DNA of 64,000 bases from Eledone cirrhosa. Taxonomy: Eukaryota. The DNA lies in contig OZ024748.1 of the NCBI GenBank assembly GCA_964016885.1, positions 11,470,001 through 11,534,000 of the forward strand, given 5' to 3'. This document shows positions 27,484-41,316 of this stretch, in pieces. A program made the position numbers and the translations under genes. Position 1 is the first letter of the stretch. Each line of letters starts with the position of its first letter. A model generated the notes under the pieces. It searched no databases, was not told where the DNA came from, and saw nothing but the letters and a program-made list of their open reading frames with translations.

Positions 27484-27803
27484 GAGAGAGCGAGAGAGAG
27501 AGAGTGAGAGAGAGAGAGAGAGAGTGTGTGTGTGAGAGAGAGAGAGTGAGAGAGAGTGAGAGAGAGCGAAAGAGAGAGAGAGAAAGAGAGAGAGCGAGAG
27601 AGAGAGAGAGAGAGTGAGAGAGCGTGTCAGAGAGAGGAGGAGAGAGTGAGAGAGAGAGAGATGTCATAAATCCTACAGCAGTATAATAGTCTTGATTGAC
27701 TGACTTATGAATATATTGGATGGAAATTGCTTTTGTGATAATACTGGCATGTATGTATGTATGTATGTATGCATGTATGTATGTATGTATATATGTATAT
27801 TTA

Positions 27804-28260
27804 TGTCAGGTCACCAGTTGGTGCTACTGGTAACATGTATCCCAGTACAACCTTTCTCATGGTCGTCGGGTCGTTGGCGACTAAACTGGCAACCCCACCA
27901 AGGTTTCTGGGTGAGGAGGGTGACTTTGGACATCCTGCAGGACTAAAGACAAAACCTGTCAAAGGGCAATGGAGCTCATAAGAGTCAATGGCCATCCAAA
28001 ATTACCGGGAGAGATGACCCCTTAGCCTTTGTCAAGGCAGAATTCTTGGAGAAGGAAAACTCTGAAGTAACACCTGCAACTCTGATGGTATCCAATGATG
28101 TTGACTTGTTCTTCTTTTTGGTAAATATCATCTTGGTTAACAGAGTGGGAGTGGCTTTGTGCAGTGCCTTTGCTCACTGTAAAAACTTCACGGCACAGGC
28201 ATTGCTTTGTATCTGGAGATCTCTCTGCACTTGTCGTCACATGGTACCATGGGCCCAGCA
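27804..28260 (+). mobile_element. Non-autonomous RTE-type element, 3'-truncated
   Basis: Matches 60145-60595, including the 5' end tgtcagg. Confidence 0.8.
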
Positions 28261-28582
28261 GTATATATATGGTCTATAAAGCGATGAAATGCCTATGATG
28301 GTTGGAAGATCACTGATGAAGGACAAACTTTTTTCATATATATATATATATATACATGTGTGTGTGTTTGTATGTATGTGTGTATTCATATTGTCTTGGT
28401 TAAATTATGATTCTTGTTACTCTGGAGTATCGCCTGTTTCTCTCAGTTCTTGATTAAAAACTACAAACACGGCGTTACAAATACACAAAGTCTTATTAGT
28501 TTAATTCTTGTGGGAAAGGTACAAAGAAATACATAATTAAGAATGGTTTTCCGAAGAGCAACGGAAGGCGACCATATTTAAA

Positions 28583-28700
28583 TAATTGTTTCTACTATTG
28601 GCACAAGGCCAGCAATTACTCAGTGCATTACTGGTACTTTATTTTATCGACCCGTAAGGATGAAAGGCAAAGTTAACCTCAGCGGGATTTGAACTCAGAC
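28583..28700 (-). mobile_element. SINE family B fragment
   Basis: Family motif. Confidence 0.8.
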
Positions 28701-28844
28701 CATAGGGTCGTATTTAAATAATGTACTCAATACAATGTTAGAGTACATATACATTTATTTCATTTGGAAATGATTTCACACGTATGCAGTGATTCAGGTT
28801 CTGCAGAAAGTCATGTCTATATAAAATAAATATATATATATATT

Positions 28845-28889
<45 letters not shown>

Positions 28890-28892
<3 letters not shown>

Positions 28893-29102
28893 GCGTGGCT
28901 GAGTGGTAAGAGAATTGAGCTCTCAATCGTGAGGTTGTGAGTTCGATTCCTGGACCGGGCGATGTGTTATGTCCTTGGGCAAGACATTTTATTTCACGTT
29001 GCTCCTTCTACCTGGAGTTGCGACCGATAGATAGTATTAGCAATTGGAAAGACCAATGGAAACATTGTTTCCTCGGTCCGATTTGACGAAAGTCAATCGA
29101 CT
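28890..29102 (+). mobile_element. SINE family A
   Basis: A and B boxes; near-identical to 3866-4077. Confidence 0.85.
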
Positions 29103-29103
29103 G

Positions 29104-29142
<39 letters not shown>

Positions 29143-29524
29143 AGTTAATATAAATTAATATATGATAAACACATAAGTGTTTGTATTGCAAAAGACGAAG
29201 TTAGCTAGAATGAAATAAACTAATTAAAATAAATATAGTTTGTCTGTCTCGATATAAATCAATAAAAACAAACCCATATTGGCAAAAGCCGTGATTCCTG
29301 GACAAATTTAAATTTCAAAATCCAAACCTGCTCCGTAGATGAATTTGAACTTCAAAACCTAAATATGTTTCGCAACGATGGTATAAAAAGTGAAATATTC
29401 AAATCTTCTGTGCTTATCAACAGGAATCCAGAAAAATTAGGACATTTCACTTCCAAAAAATTTTGTAGGACTGGTTCATTAATTGTAAATGACTTTTTGA
29501 GTTTAAAACTCTAAATATAATATA

Positions 29525-29584
<60 letters not shown>

Positions 29585-29621
29585 CAGGGAGTGTAACGCG
29601 GAGTTACTGAAGGTTCACCCG

Positions 29622-29711
29622 GGTGACGTCCGACGAGCCATTGATTACAGAGTCGGTCTAGATCGATACAGATCGATCCTTCAGCTGATCAATAGCGAAA
29701 CGTGCGTCACC
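29622..29711 (+). ncRNA. Degenerate hammerhead ribozyme, long stem II (family 4)
   Basis: ccgacga(core U>C)-gccattgatta...tgatcaatagc-GAAA-cgtgcg-TC-ac. Homologous to the palindrome at 30566-30741. Confidence 0.5.
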
Positions 29712-29764
29712 AACCAATAAACGTAATGAAGGAGTAACCATTCGCTCTTGTATTATTTTATTAT

Positions 29765-29895
29765 ACGTCCCTTTACGATGTGAGTTCAAATCCCGCCGAG
29801 GTTGACTTTGCCTTTCATCCTTACGGGGTCGATAAAATAAAGTACCAGTAATGCACTGGGTAATTGCTGGCCTTGTGCCTAAAGTAGAAACAATT
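29765..29895 (+). mobile_element. SINE family B, 5'-truncated
   Basis: Family motif. Confidence 0.85.
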
Positions 29896-29972
29896 ATTTT
29901 ATTATACATATATATATATAGGGAATGTAATGTGCAGTTAGTGTAGGTTCACTCAAGTGAGCATTCGATGTG

Positions 29973-30520
29973 TAGTTTCCAGTCTGTGACGAGGTGTAGA
30001 ACTAAACAGAGTGTAAATATAATAGTTTCCAGTCTGTGACGAGGTGTAGAACTAAACAGAGTGTAAATATAATAGTTTCCAGTCTGTGACGAGGTGTAGA
30101 ACTAAACAGAGTGTAAATATAATAGTTTCCAGTCTGTGACGAGGTGTAGAACTAAACAGAGTGTAAATATAATAGTTTCCAGTCTGTGACGAGGTGTAGA
30201 ACTAAACAGAGTGTAAATATAATAGTTTCCAGTCTGTGACGAGGTGTAGAACTAAACAGAGTGTAAATATAATAGTTTCCAGTCTGTGACGAGGTGTAGA
30301 ACTAAACAGAGTGTAAATATAATAGTTTCCAGTCTGTGACGAGGTGTAGAACTAAACAGAGTGTAAATATAATAGTTTCCAGTCTGTGACGAGGTGTAGA
30401 ACTAAACAGAGTGTAAATATAATAGTTTCCAGTCTGTGACGAGGTGTAGAACTAAACAGAGTGTAAATATAATAGTTTCAAGTCTGTGACGAGGTGTAGA
30501 ACTAAACAGTGTAAATATAA
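29973..30520. repeat. 50-bp tandem minisatellite, 11 copies (10 identical)
   Basis: Unit tagtttccagtctgtgacgaggtgtagaactaaacagagtgtaaatataa. No spacers. Confidence 0.97.
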
Positions 30521-30534
30521 TAATAAAAGGACGA

Positions 30535-30775
30535 TTGGTTATGTCTTCATGACGTTTATTGAGTAGTGACGCGCGTTTCTCTATTGATCAGCTCAAGGTT
30601 CGATCTGTATCGATCTAGCCCGACTCTGGAATCAAAAGCTCTTCGGACCTCTGCTGTGGTAATGACATTACCACGAGCTTTTGATTCCAGAGTCGGGCTA
30701 GATCGATACAGATCGAACCTTGAGCTGATCAATAGCGAAACCAAACGTAATGAAGCCATAACAAATCATTCTTTT
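30535..30775. mobile_element. Family 4 inverted-repeat element (core arms ~65 bp, 30576-30641 and 30675-30740)
   Basis: The left arm on the reverse strand ends GAAAC-GCGC-GTC-actac (hammerhead 3' half). Confidence 0.75.
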
Positions 30776-30794
30776 ATTATTATTATATATATAA

Positions 30795-31197
30795 GGGCGG
30801 TGAATTGGCAGTATCGGTAGAGGGTCGGACGCCATGCTTTCCAGCATAGTTACGTCTCTTTACGGTCTGAGTTCAAATCCCGTCGAGGTTAACTTTGCCT
30901 TTCATCCTTACGGGGGTCGATAAAATAAAGTACCAGTAATGTACTGGGTAATTGCTGGCCTTGTGCCTAAAAGTAGAAACAATTATTATTATATATATAT
31001 AAATATAAGGGCGGTGGATTGGCAGTATTGGGAGAGGGTCGGACGCTATGATTTGACGTATAGAGTTACGGCCCTTGCCATTCTGAGTTCAAATCCCGCC
31101 GAGTTAACTTTGCCTTTCATCCTTACGGGGTCGATAAAATAAAGTACCAGTAATGCACTGGGTAATTGCTGGCCTTGTGCCTAAAGTAGAAACAATT
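30795..31197 (+). mobile_element. SINE family B tandem dimer
   Basis: Two full ~190-bp copies starting tataagggcggtg. Confidence 0.9.
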
Positions 31198-31539
31198 ATA
31201 TATATATAAATATATATATATACTGTATATATATATATATGGGGGGTGTCTGTGTGTGCGTAAGGAGTCCCGGGTTCAATCGGTGGTAACCACAGTACGT
31301 GCTAGTTGTGGTAGCTCTGTTAGCCGCACTGTTGTTTTTTCTTCTCCTCCCCGCCCCGACTTCTCTCTGTCTTTCTCTCCCCCTTCCCCACCCCCTCTCT
31401 CCACCTCTCCCCCTTCCCCACCCCTCTCTCTCTCTCTCCATCTCTCCCCCTCTCTCTTTCCCACACATTGACACAGACCTACTAATGCAAGTGGTTCGCT
31501 CTGTTTCCTCCAGTGATTAGGAATAGACTGTACCCACAC

Positions 31540-33480
31540 ACATACACACACACACACAAACATGCACACACATACATACACACACATACATATACACGCA
31601 TACATACACACACAAACATGCACACACATACATACACACACATACATATACACGCATACATACACACACAAACATGCACACACATACATACACATACATA
31701 CATATACACGCATACATACACACACAAACATGCACACACATACATACACACACATACATATACACGCATACACACACACACAAACATGCACACACATACA
31801 TACACACACATACATATACACGCATACATACACACACAAACATGCACACACACACATGCATACACACACATACATATACACGCATACATATGCACACATA
31901 TATACACACCCATACATACAGACACATTCACACACACACATATATACACACATATACATACAGCTATTGCTGTTGTTACTGCTGCTGCTGTTGTTATTAT
32001 TGTTGTCGTTACTGCTGCTGATGTTGTTGTTGTGACTGCTGCTGCTGTTGTTGTTACTGCTGCTGTTGTTGTTGTTATTGTTGTTGTTGTTACTGCTGCT
32101 GCTGTTGTTGTTGTTACTGCTGCTGTTTTTGTTGTTATTGTTGTTGTTGTTGTTACTGCTGCTGATGTTTTTGTTGTTACTGCTGCTGCTGTTGTTGTTG
32201 TTACTGCTGTTTTTGTTGTTGTTGTTGTTGTTATTGTTGTTGTTATTGTTGTTGTTGTTGTTGTTGCTGCTGCTGCTGTTGTTGTTGTTACTGCTGCTGC
32301 TATTGTTGTTGTTACTGCTGCTGTTGTTGTTGTTATTGTTGTTGTTGTTACTGCTGCTGTTGTTGTTGTTATTGTTGTTGTTTGTTTGTTTATTTTTTTC
32401 ATATTTCACAAGCAAATATTCCTCATTAACTGAAACAACTTAATTATTCTTAAAATCAATATAAATTATTGAGGATGATGATGATGATGATGATGATGGT
32501 GTTTATGATGATGGTGTGATGATGATGATGATGATGGTGGTGCTGGTGTTTAATATGATGATGATGATGATGATGGTGTTGGTGTTTACGATGGTGGTGT
32601 TGATGATGTTGGTGATGATGAAGATGGTGATGATAATGTTATTGACGATGTTGATGATGGTGATGTTTATGATATCATTGTTGATGATGATAATGATGTG
32701 TATAGTGATGTTGATGTTGATGGTGATGATGATGATGATGATGATGATCATCATCATCATCATCATGTTATTTATGTCGATGATGATGATGATGATGCTG
32801 ATAATGATGATGGTAATGTTAATGTGGTTGAATAAATTTATTTTTAAATAATGCCGAAAATAAACACCACAGAGACCACCGCCACCGCCACCACCACCAC
32901 CACCACCACCACCACCACCACCACCACCACCACCAGTACCGCCACCACCACCACCACCAGGACCACCATCACCACAACCAGGATCACCACCACACCACCA
33001 GGACCACCACCGCCACCACCACCACCACCGCCGCCACCACCACCACCACCACCACCACCACCACCACCACCACCATCACCACCACCACCACCACCACCAC
33101 CACCACCACCACCACCACCACCACCACCACCACCAGTACCGCCACCACCACCACCACCAGGACCACCATCACCACAACCAGGATCACCACCACACCACCA
33201 GGACCACCACCGCCACCACCACCACCGCCACCACCACCACCACCACCACCACCACCACCACCACCATCACCACCACCACCACCACCACCACCACCACCAG
33301 GACCACCACCAGGACCACCACCGCTACCACCACCACCACCACCACCACCACCATACATACGTATACACACAAGCAGACACTCATACATACAAACGTACTC
33401 CTCCACATACACACTCTCACATACATATACATATACGCAAGTACACACACACACACACACAGACACACACACACACACAA
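31540..33480. repeat. Compound microsatellite block: (CA/TACA) higher-order repeat, (GTT/GCT)n, (GAT)n, (CAC)n
   Basis: Direct reading; generates spurious poly-L/V/M/P/T/H ORFs. Confidence 0.9.
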
Positions 33481-34198
33481 ATACACAACGGTGTCAGATT
33501 GAAGGACATAAAATTTGAGAGGAAAATTAAATAAACAAAATAATTAGATATGGAATATTAGAATGTCAGAATAAGTTGTATGCTAACATTCCCTTGTTCC
33601 TAACTAAGTTATATTCTAGCATTCCTTTGTTCCTAAGTTGTATGCAAGCATTCCCTTGTACCTAACTAAGTTGTATTCTAACGTTCCCTTGTTCCTAACT
33701 AAACCCATCACTCACAATACATGGCGACTGACATGGGAGTATGCATCAGGTTTTTACTAGACTTTAGTTCCTCGTCTAGTATTGAGCAAACACAGACAAC
33801 ATCTGGCTCCGGGACAGGATGAAAGCCTAATCAGTAAATACTTATGTATGCATGTATGTATGTATGTATGTATGTATGTATGTATGTATGTATGTATGTA
33901 TGTATGTATGTATGTATGTATGCATGTATGTAAGCATGCATGCATGCATGTATGTATGCATGTATGTATGCATGCATGTATGTATGTATGCATGTATGTA
34001 TGTATGTATGTATGTATGTATGTATGTATGTATGCATGTATGCATGCATGCATGTATGTATGTATGCATGTATGAATGTATGTATGTATGTATGTATGTA
34101 TGTATGCATGTATGTATGTATGTATGTATGTATGTATGTATGTATGTATGTATGCATGTATGTATGTATGTATGTATGTATGCATGTTCGTATGTATG

Positions 34199-34229
<31 letters not shown>

Positions 34230-34265
34230 GCATGCATGTATGTATGTATGCATGTATGTATGCAT

Positions 34266-34456
34266 GTTTCTCTTTCTCTTAACTTCGAGTACACTTTTGA
34301 CCGGCCACCTTCCTGGTGGCAAGGTTGTAAAAGAAAAGAAATTGTCATCCCTTGAATCGCAGAATGTTTTGCGAATTTTGAAGGTGCCAGCTATCGCAGC
34401 CATTTGTAGTCTATGAATTAGGGAGCTGCGCTCTTTGTCCGCAAATCCAAGTTCAG
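34266..34456 (-). mobile_element. 3' end of RLE-type (R4/Dong-like) LINE
   Basis: Reverse complement of 47280-47472; both ends abut (TATG)n. Confidence 0.75.
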
Positions 34457-34506
34457 TATGTATGTATGTATGTATGTATGTATGTATGTATGTATGTATG
34501 TATGTA

Positions 34507-34914
34507 TGTTATATCAGAGTTTTCCTTCTCCTAGAATTCTGCCTTGACAAAGGCTAAGGGGTTATCTCTCCCGGTGATTTTGGATGGTATCCAATGATGT
34601 TGACTTGTTATTCTTTTTGGTAAATATCATCTTGGTTGAGAGAGTGGGACTGGCTTTGTGCAGTGCCTTTGCTCACTATAAAAGCTTCACGGCACAGGCA
34701 TTGCTTTATATCTGGAGATCTCTCTGCACTTGTCGTCACATGGTACCATGGCCCCAGCACTATGTGTCAATAATTGTCACAAGTGTAGTGTTTGTACCAG
34801 AGTTTTCAAGTCGCTGGCTGGACTAAAAATCACACTCGTTCAGCGCATCGGTAGGGGTTCTCCTACATGGATATAAAGTAGTGGCCGTACTCGAAAACGA
34901 GTTGGCAGCCACCA
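34507..34914 (+). mobile_element. Non-autonomous RTE-type element with internal inversion at the 5' end
   Basis: 34507-34585 is the reverse complement of the element's internal segment; the remainder is forward to the 3' stem-loop and (ATGT)n. Confidence 0.8.
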
Positions 34915-36861
34915 TGTATGTATGTATGTATGTATGTATGTATGTATGTATGTATGTATGTATGTATGTATGTATGTATGTATGTTTGTATGGACCCATA
35001 ACACCTGTTGGAGTCGTAGGGGCATACAGCCTTTCTTGGGCATTTTAAACCTGATGGAGCCCATCTCTTCTCCAGGTCTGAACACAGCAGATTTCTTCCA
35101 GAGGAGGAGAGAGAGAGAGAAAGTGAGAGTGAGCGTGCAATAGAAAGATGCTCATAACCCTCCAGCAATTAGATAATGCAATAGGCAGCAGCAAAACAAC
35201 TCTCCCGATCTACTGATCTAGGGTTAGTGGGATGTATATAGATGATAGCTTGGGCACGGCTCAGGGAGTGGTCAAGAACAGTCTAAATAGATTCTTCTGC
35301 AGGACTTTCTGGTCGGGGATTATGGACAGTTTCGAAAGAAAAAGATATAGAGGCAGAATCAACCCCAGTACTGGACTAGTATGTTTTTTTTATCGGCCTC
35401 GGAAGGATGACAGGCGAAGTTGAGCTCGGCAGGGTTTGAACTCGGAGTGCAGAAAGAGCTAGAACAAACACCGCAAAGCATTCTATCTGACGACATACAA
35501 TAGAAAATATAATATACCATCAAATACTTCACATAGCCATGGTGCACAGAGCTGTGATCGGTTGAGCAGTGATAGCACGCAATAATAATGAGATTAGTGA
35601 AACATAATATCAACAACTACAACAATAAGAACTACAACATCAAAACCAGAAAAATAATGGCAGCGTCTCTATCTCTTTCCACGCAGTAATTGTGTATAAC
35701 TAATACAAGAATAAGCGCAGCCGAAATAAAAAAAAAAAGTAACGACTCGTAATGTTTCTAACTATGTGCATGTGAAAAGAGCAACAACAAAAACAACATA
35801 GGCACCAGAAACTGTTTTATAACAACAGCAGCAGTAGATATCGTTTATAACAACAGCAACAACAATAACATAAGCAGCAGCAGATATTGGTTATAATAGA
35901 ACAACAGCAACAATAACATAAGCAGTATATATTGGTTATAGCAATAGCAATAACAATAACACAAACAGCAGAAGATATTGGTAACAACAACAGCAGCAAT
36001 AACATAAGCAGTATATATTGGTTGTAACAACAACAATAACAATAACACAAACAGCAGAAGATATTGGTTACAGCAGAACAAATGGTACATGGAACAGGCA
36101 TAGTAAAATTCTATCTATCTTTATGGAGAAACTAGACGATGCAGCTAATGTGCAAACAACGTGTAACAGATTATGTTGCTAGAGGACTGAAAATATTGGA
36201 ACCGCTTGAAACACTTCCCTTCTCTATATTTACCGTTTATATTCAGATGGTTGACGCCTTTCTCTTGCAATGGCTTTATTATATTCTGAGAAGAAAATTG
36301 GCTTTATCAATATGGCTGCCTAGTTATGAAATTTACGCCACGACTAATTGGTATCTGAATCAATCCCACTGCCCGACACCTTGGGCAAATGTCTTTCTAT
36401 TATCTCTTTGGGTCGAACAAATCATTGCGAGTTAAATTTGGTTGATAGAAACTAATCTGTATCGAAGCCCATCGGATGTACGTTCTTATTCTTGGGTGGT
36501 AGATTTCACCCGGTTTATGACCTTACCTCATCTCAGCCCACCCCACCCCACCTTGTCCTTGGGTATCTAGCAGAGTGTCTAATCTGTTGCAAGAATTCAA
36601 ACCGACTCTCCGGTCTAACTAAGAATATCCTCCTTTAACCAGATTCGGAGTTCCTGAAAATAGGACCAGCCTTTCCCTCTCTAACTAAACACTGTAGTAG
36701 TGGTGGTGGTGGTGCTGGTGGTATGTTTGTATATATATTTATTTATATATATATATGAGGGAACAAAGAATCAGTGTTGCATCATATACATATCTAATTA
36801 AATATTACATATGTTTCACTGCCGATCAGCTCGGGGAACAATCGATTAATATATATATATA

Positions 36862-37455
36862 TTAGCAGTGGTACCCGGCGTTGCACGGGATAAGGTATTT
36901 TGGAACGCGGGCCACCAACAGACCTAATCGTGGAAAAACTGCATGCCTGGACAATATGTAAAGAAAATAAACCGAATACTCTGATGGCTGGATAATCTTT
37001 AAGAATTTCCTCGATGAAGCAGGAAAAATGCAGGTTTTCACTTAATGCGGGCCCTAGGGGATCAAGAAAAAGAATTTTTTTATGTGCATAATATGCCTTG
37101 AAATTTCGGGAAAATCGGCCAGAGGTACCGCCTCAAAAGAGCCCTAAAAAGCTGAAAAAATGAAGTTTTTCACCTAGGCCATAAAAAAGTTGGATTTTCT
37201 TTGCTCGCGGTATGAAGAAGAGACTGACTAATACATAGTTACAATTTCAAGGAAATCGGTCTGACGTAACGCCTCAATAAAAATCCCTAAAAAGCTGAAA
37301 AAACGCAGTTTTTCACCTAATGCCGGCTCTTGGGGGATAAAAAAAAGTTGAATTTTTTAATGTGCATGACACTCCCTGAAACATAAGTAATACACATGTA
37401 AAGTTTGAAAAATATCGGTTGGGTACTTCTCGAGTTTTAGGGATTCAAACTCGCA

Positions 37456-37495
<40 letters not shown>

Positions 37496-37516
37496 TCCTC
37501 AGTTTTATATATATAG

Positions 37517-37517
<1 letters not shown>
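36862..37517 (-). mobile_element. Non-autonomous Helitron
   Basis: Reverse strand starts A|TCtatatatataaaa, then a (GT)n tract, internal direct repeats, subterminal hairpin cccgtgcaacgccggg, and ends CTAA|T (CTRR, inserted in an AT dinucleotide). Confidence 0.8.
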
Positions 37518-37588
<71 letters not shown>

Positions 37589-37905
37589 AACACTAGAAAC
37601 CGATGAAACTGGTGATGTTTAGTGTCAGTAGTAAATAGCAATGTATGTGGTTCACAATGTGGAATAAATTCCTCACAACAAAATAATCTATTCTACTTTG
37701 TGAACTCAATGTAAATATATTTAGTTTTATGAAGTTATATGTTCTTCTGGTGGTTTTTGTTGTTGTTTGATCTTATCTATTCTATACATGTAACCGAACA
37801 TGCAAAGGTGTGTTTTTCGAAGCATGTATCATATATCTGTCTTTTCAGATTGTTTTATTGGTGCATCAGGATGTTTATAAATAGACTTTTATTTGTAAAT
37901 ATTTT

Positions 37906-37951
<46 letters not shown>

Positions 37952-38021
37952 TGTATGTATGTATGTATGTATGTATGTATGTATGTATGTATGTATGTAT
38001 GTATGTATGTATGTATATGTG

Positions 38022-38053
<32 letters not shown>

Positions 38054-38183
38054 CTCATTCATAGACACACACTCACACACACATATATATATATATATAT
38101 TTATACACACACTATATATACACATACATATATCTATTTATACACAGATAATATATACATATATATACACACACATTCACACA

Positions 38184-38245
<62 letters not shown>

Positions 38246-38425
38246 ATTGTGTGTGTGTGTGTGTGTGTGTATAACTTAGGAAAATCTGTGACGCATTTGT
38301 TATCTCTTCTCCAACCCAATAATCTCAATGATATATATATATATATGCATGTGTGTGCATATATATGTATATGTATATATTGTCTGTATATAAATACATA
38401 TATGCATGTGTATATATTGTGTGTG

Positions 38426-38517
<92 letters not shown>

Positions 38518-39249
38518 AATGAGTATATATATATAGATATATTTCAATCAATTCCTGTGTGTAATAATGTCGTGTGACAATTTACTATTGTATGTGTTTG
38601 TACGGTGTGCATATGAGTAAGAGAGAAAATGGTGAACATATGTGTATGATGGAAGCATATTATATATATATCTGTGTATATTGTCGAACATAATTTATGT
38701 AAGAGTATCTGCCTTTACAATTCTACTTTCATTAAAGCATGTGATTAGATGAATGTTTCTTCATGTAGACGTGTTTGGTTCTATATTACACTAGAGGGTA
38801 TGTTTTTTAAAAAAAATAAATCATTTTTTGCTACCTTCTTTCTCAAATTGAATTAAAATACTATAAAATAAAATAAAATTAGATTAAAATATACAATATA
38901 TTGTTTCCATAACGTATTATTATTTTTTTCTGCAACAATTTTAAGATATTGGCTTCTCATTACTTGGAGGTAGTAAAGTCGATATTGTAGAAATAAAAAG
39001 AGCATAAAGCATGAATATATATATATATAATGTTCAAGTAAGAATGTTTTGATAGTGAAAAAAGTTGAGTATTGACGTACGTAACGTACGTACGTCAACA
39101 CTCATCTTTTTCCATTTCGTAGAGAGTTCTAAACCCCACTATCAGGCTAAAATTTCTTTAGTCAAAAACACGGCGAAAGCTTCTATTTCTAATTTCAAGC
39201 TCATTCGCTGTTTCAAAACATTCTTACTTGACATTATACTTGCCAAGAA

Positions 39250-39395
39250 TGGGGCGGTGGATTAGCAGTATCCGTAGAGAGTCGGACACCATGCTTTGCA
39301 TCATAGAGTTACAGTCCTTTACGGTCTGAGTTCAGATCCCACCGAGGTTAACTTTACCTTTCATCCTTACCGGGTTGATAAAAATAAAGCACCAG
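39250..39395 (+). mobile_element. SINE family B
   Basis: Head ggcggtggattagcagtatccgtagag plus core motif. Confidence 0.8.
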
Positions 39396-39526
39396 ATTAT
39401 AAGTTGAGTCAACTTATGCAGCTTCATATGCAAATGAGATTATTCACCTAATAATGAGATTTACACAGAGGAGAAAACTATATATTCTCGACTGTTTTCA
39501 AGTCCAGCAGTCGCAAGTGTGGGAGG

Positions 39527-39572
39527 GATCGTCCTGATGAGGACCCGTTAAGTCCGAAATGCATCAACGATT
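39527..39572 (+). ncRNA. Minimal type I hammerhead ribozyme
   Basis: gatcgtc-CTGATGA-ggac(ccgttaa)gtcc-GAAA-tgca-TC-aacgatt. Canonical G10.1-C11.1, palindromic stem III ATGCAT, AUC site; first stem I pair mismatched. Confidence 0.8.
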
Positions 39573-40653
39573 GTCCCCCTTGCTTCTGCTGGACACCACC
39601 AGAGGGCGTTAGCCCTGATGCTTTTTGTATAGCTACGGCTTCCTAAATGTTTACCTGTAAACCTACCATGTTTCTTTAGAAATACGAAATTTCTATACAT
39701 ATCTGTATACAGCTATGCCTGAAGATAAATCCTAATTATATATATATATATAAAACTCTTCCTAGTGGTTCTACTCAACATAAACCGTGCCTACGCCGTA
39801 CCTACGCCGATTAAGAAAACCGCGAAGTGGATACTGGCATAGCAGTCTCTCTAGATTAAAATAAATTCGTTTACATGAGTGGAGAAATGTTGCTTAACAC
39901 AGACTAACAACTAAGTGGATTTATAGGTTTACATTTAAATCGATAAGTTTTACGCTTCGTTATAATCTTATTGGTTACATCTGATGCATCTAGTGTTTAA
40001 AAATCAGACAGTCCAGTGGGCATTTTGTTTTTCACTTTAATAGAGCAGTATTGATTTAGTTTTCGCCTAAGTAGAAATCTCAACTGAGATTGTACAGGAA
40101 GTTGGAAAGAAATTCTGAGAAACGTCGCCTAGTTGTTTAGTATAGTATTGATTTTGGTTATGGACACAAGGCTACACGTATGTACGGCTATAGAGAGAGA
40201 AGGGGGGGGGGGGGGGGCGAGAAAACGAAAGAACCTAAGGTTTATAACTAGAAATAAAGGGTTTTAAACATCATTTTAAGATACTGAAACATTCGTCAAA
40301 GATACACTGTTGCCACTGCCTACAACAATGAGCTGTAATGTTTACAGGGAACTCTGCTATTCAACTCATTTGAATGAATGAAAAAAGTAACCAGGGACGC
40401 CTACATGAAAATGTAATAGTAAAGTCTAAGTCTAAAGTCTGTCACGATCCCGGAGGCTTATCCTGGTTTACATGGCGTGAAGCGTCTGAAAGTAGTAGAT
40501 TTCTTCCCACTGGATACGATGCCAGTCTATCGCTAGGTTAACACTCTCCCAGCTATTGTTGGTACTTATTTGTTCGTAAGTTGATCGTCTAACAGAGTAC
40601 GTACCAATAAGCCGATATATGTTACATTGATACTGCAGATTTCCATATGAGTC

Positions 40654-40736
<83 letters not shown>

Positions 40737-40768
40737 TATATACAGTATATAGAGGTATTGTAACATGT

Positions 40769-40893
40769 AATAATTGTTTCTACTTTTGGCACAAGGCCAG
40801 CAATTACCCAGTACATTACTGGTGCTTTATTTTATCGACCTCGTAAGGATGAAAGGCAAAGTTAACCTCGGCGGAATTTGAACTCAGATCGTA
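40769..40893 (-). mobile_element. SINE family B fragment
   Basis: Family motif. Confidence 0.8.
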
Positions 40894-41026
40894 AACATAT
40901 ACCATGTAATAATGAATCTAAATACTGTAAAGCTAATGACAAGAAATTGTTAAAGAAAAAAAGTACTTTTTCAATTCTGCGAAAACAGAATGGTATCCCA
41001 TAACGTAGGTACGATTTTGGCTTGTG

Positions 41027-41316
41027 TTTATGCTGCAAAAGTAGGAACCCCTTTTTATGTTGCGAAAGTAGGAATCCTTTTTTATGCTGCAAAAGAAGGA
41101 ACCCTTTTTTATGTTGCAAAAGTAGAACCCCTTTTTATGTTGCGAAAGTAGGAATCCTTTTTTATGCTGCAAAAGAAGGAACCCTTTTTTATGTTGCAAA
41201 AGTAGGAAACCCTTTTTATGCTGCAAAAGAAGGAACCATTTTTTATGCTGCAAAAGTAGGAACCCCTTTTTATACTGCAAAAGAACGAACCCTTTTTTAA
41301 TGCTGCAAAAGAAGGA
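41027..41316. repeat. ~30-bp minisatellite (tttttatg[c/t]tgc[a/g]aaag[t/a]aggaaccc), ~10 copies
   Basis: Direct reading; produces the repeated QHKKGFLLL peptide in the ORF track. Confidence 0.9.

Noticed and set aside
29973-30520. CRISPR-like regular array
   Set aside because: Units are wholly identical with no unique spacers, there are no cas genes, and the context is eukaryotic; it is a minisatellite.
39596-39610. CTCF-like motifs (ccaccagagggcg here; tggcgccatctattg at 10022)
   Set aside because: Short motifs in or near repeats; not supportable without binding data.
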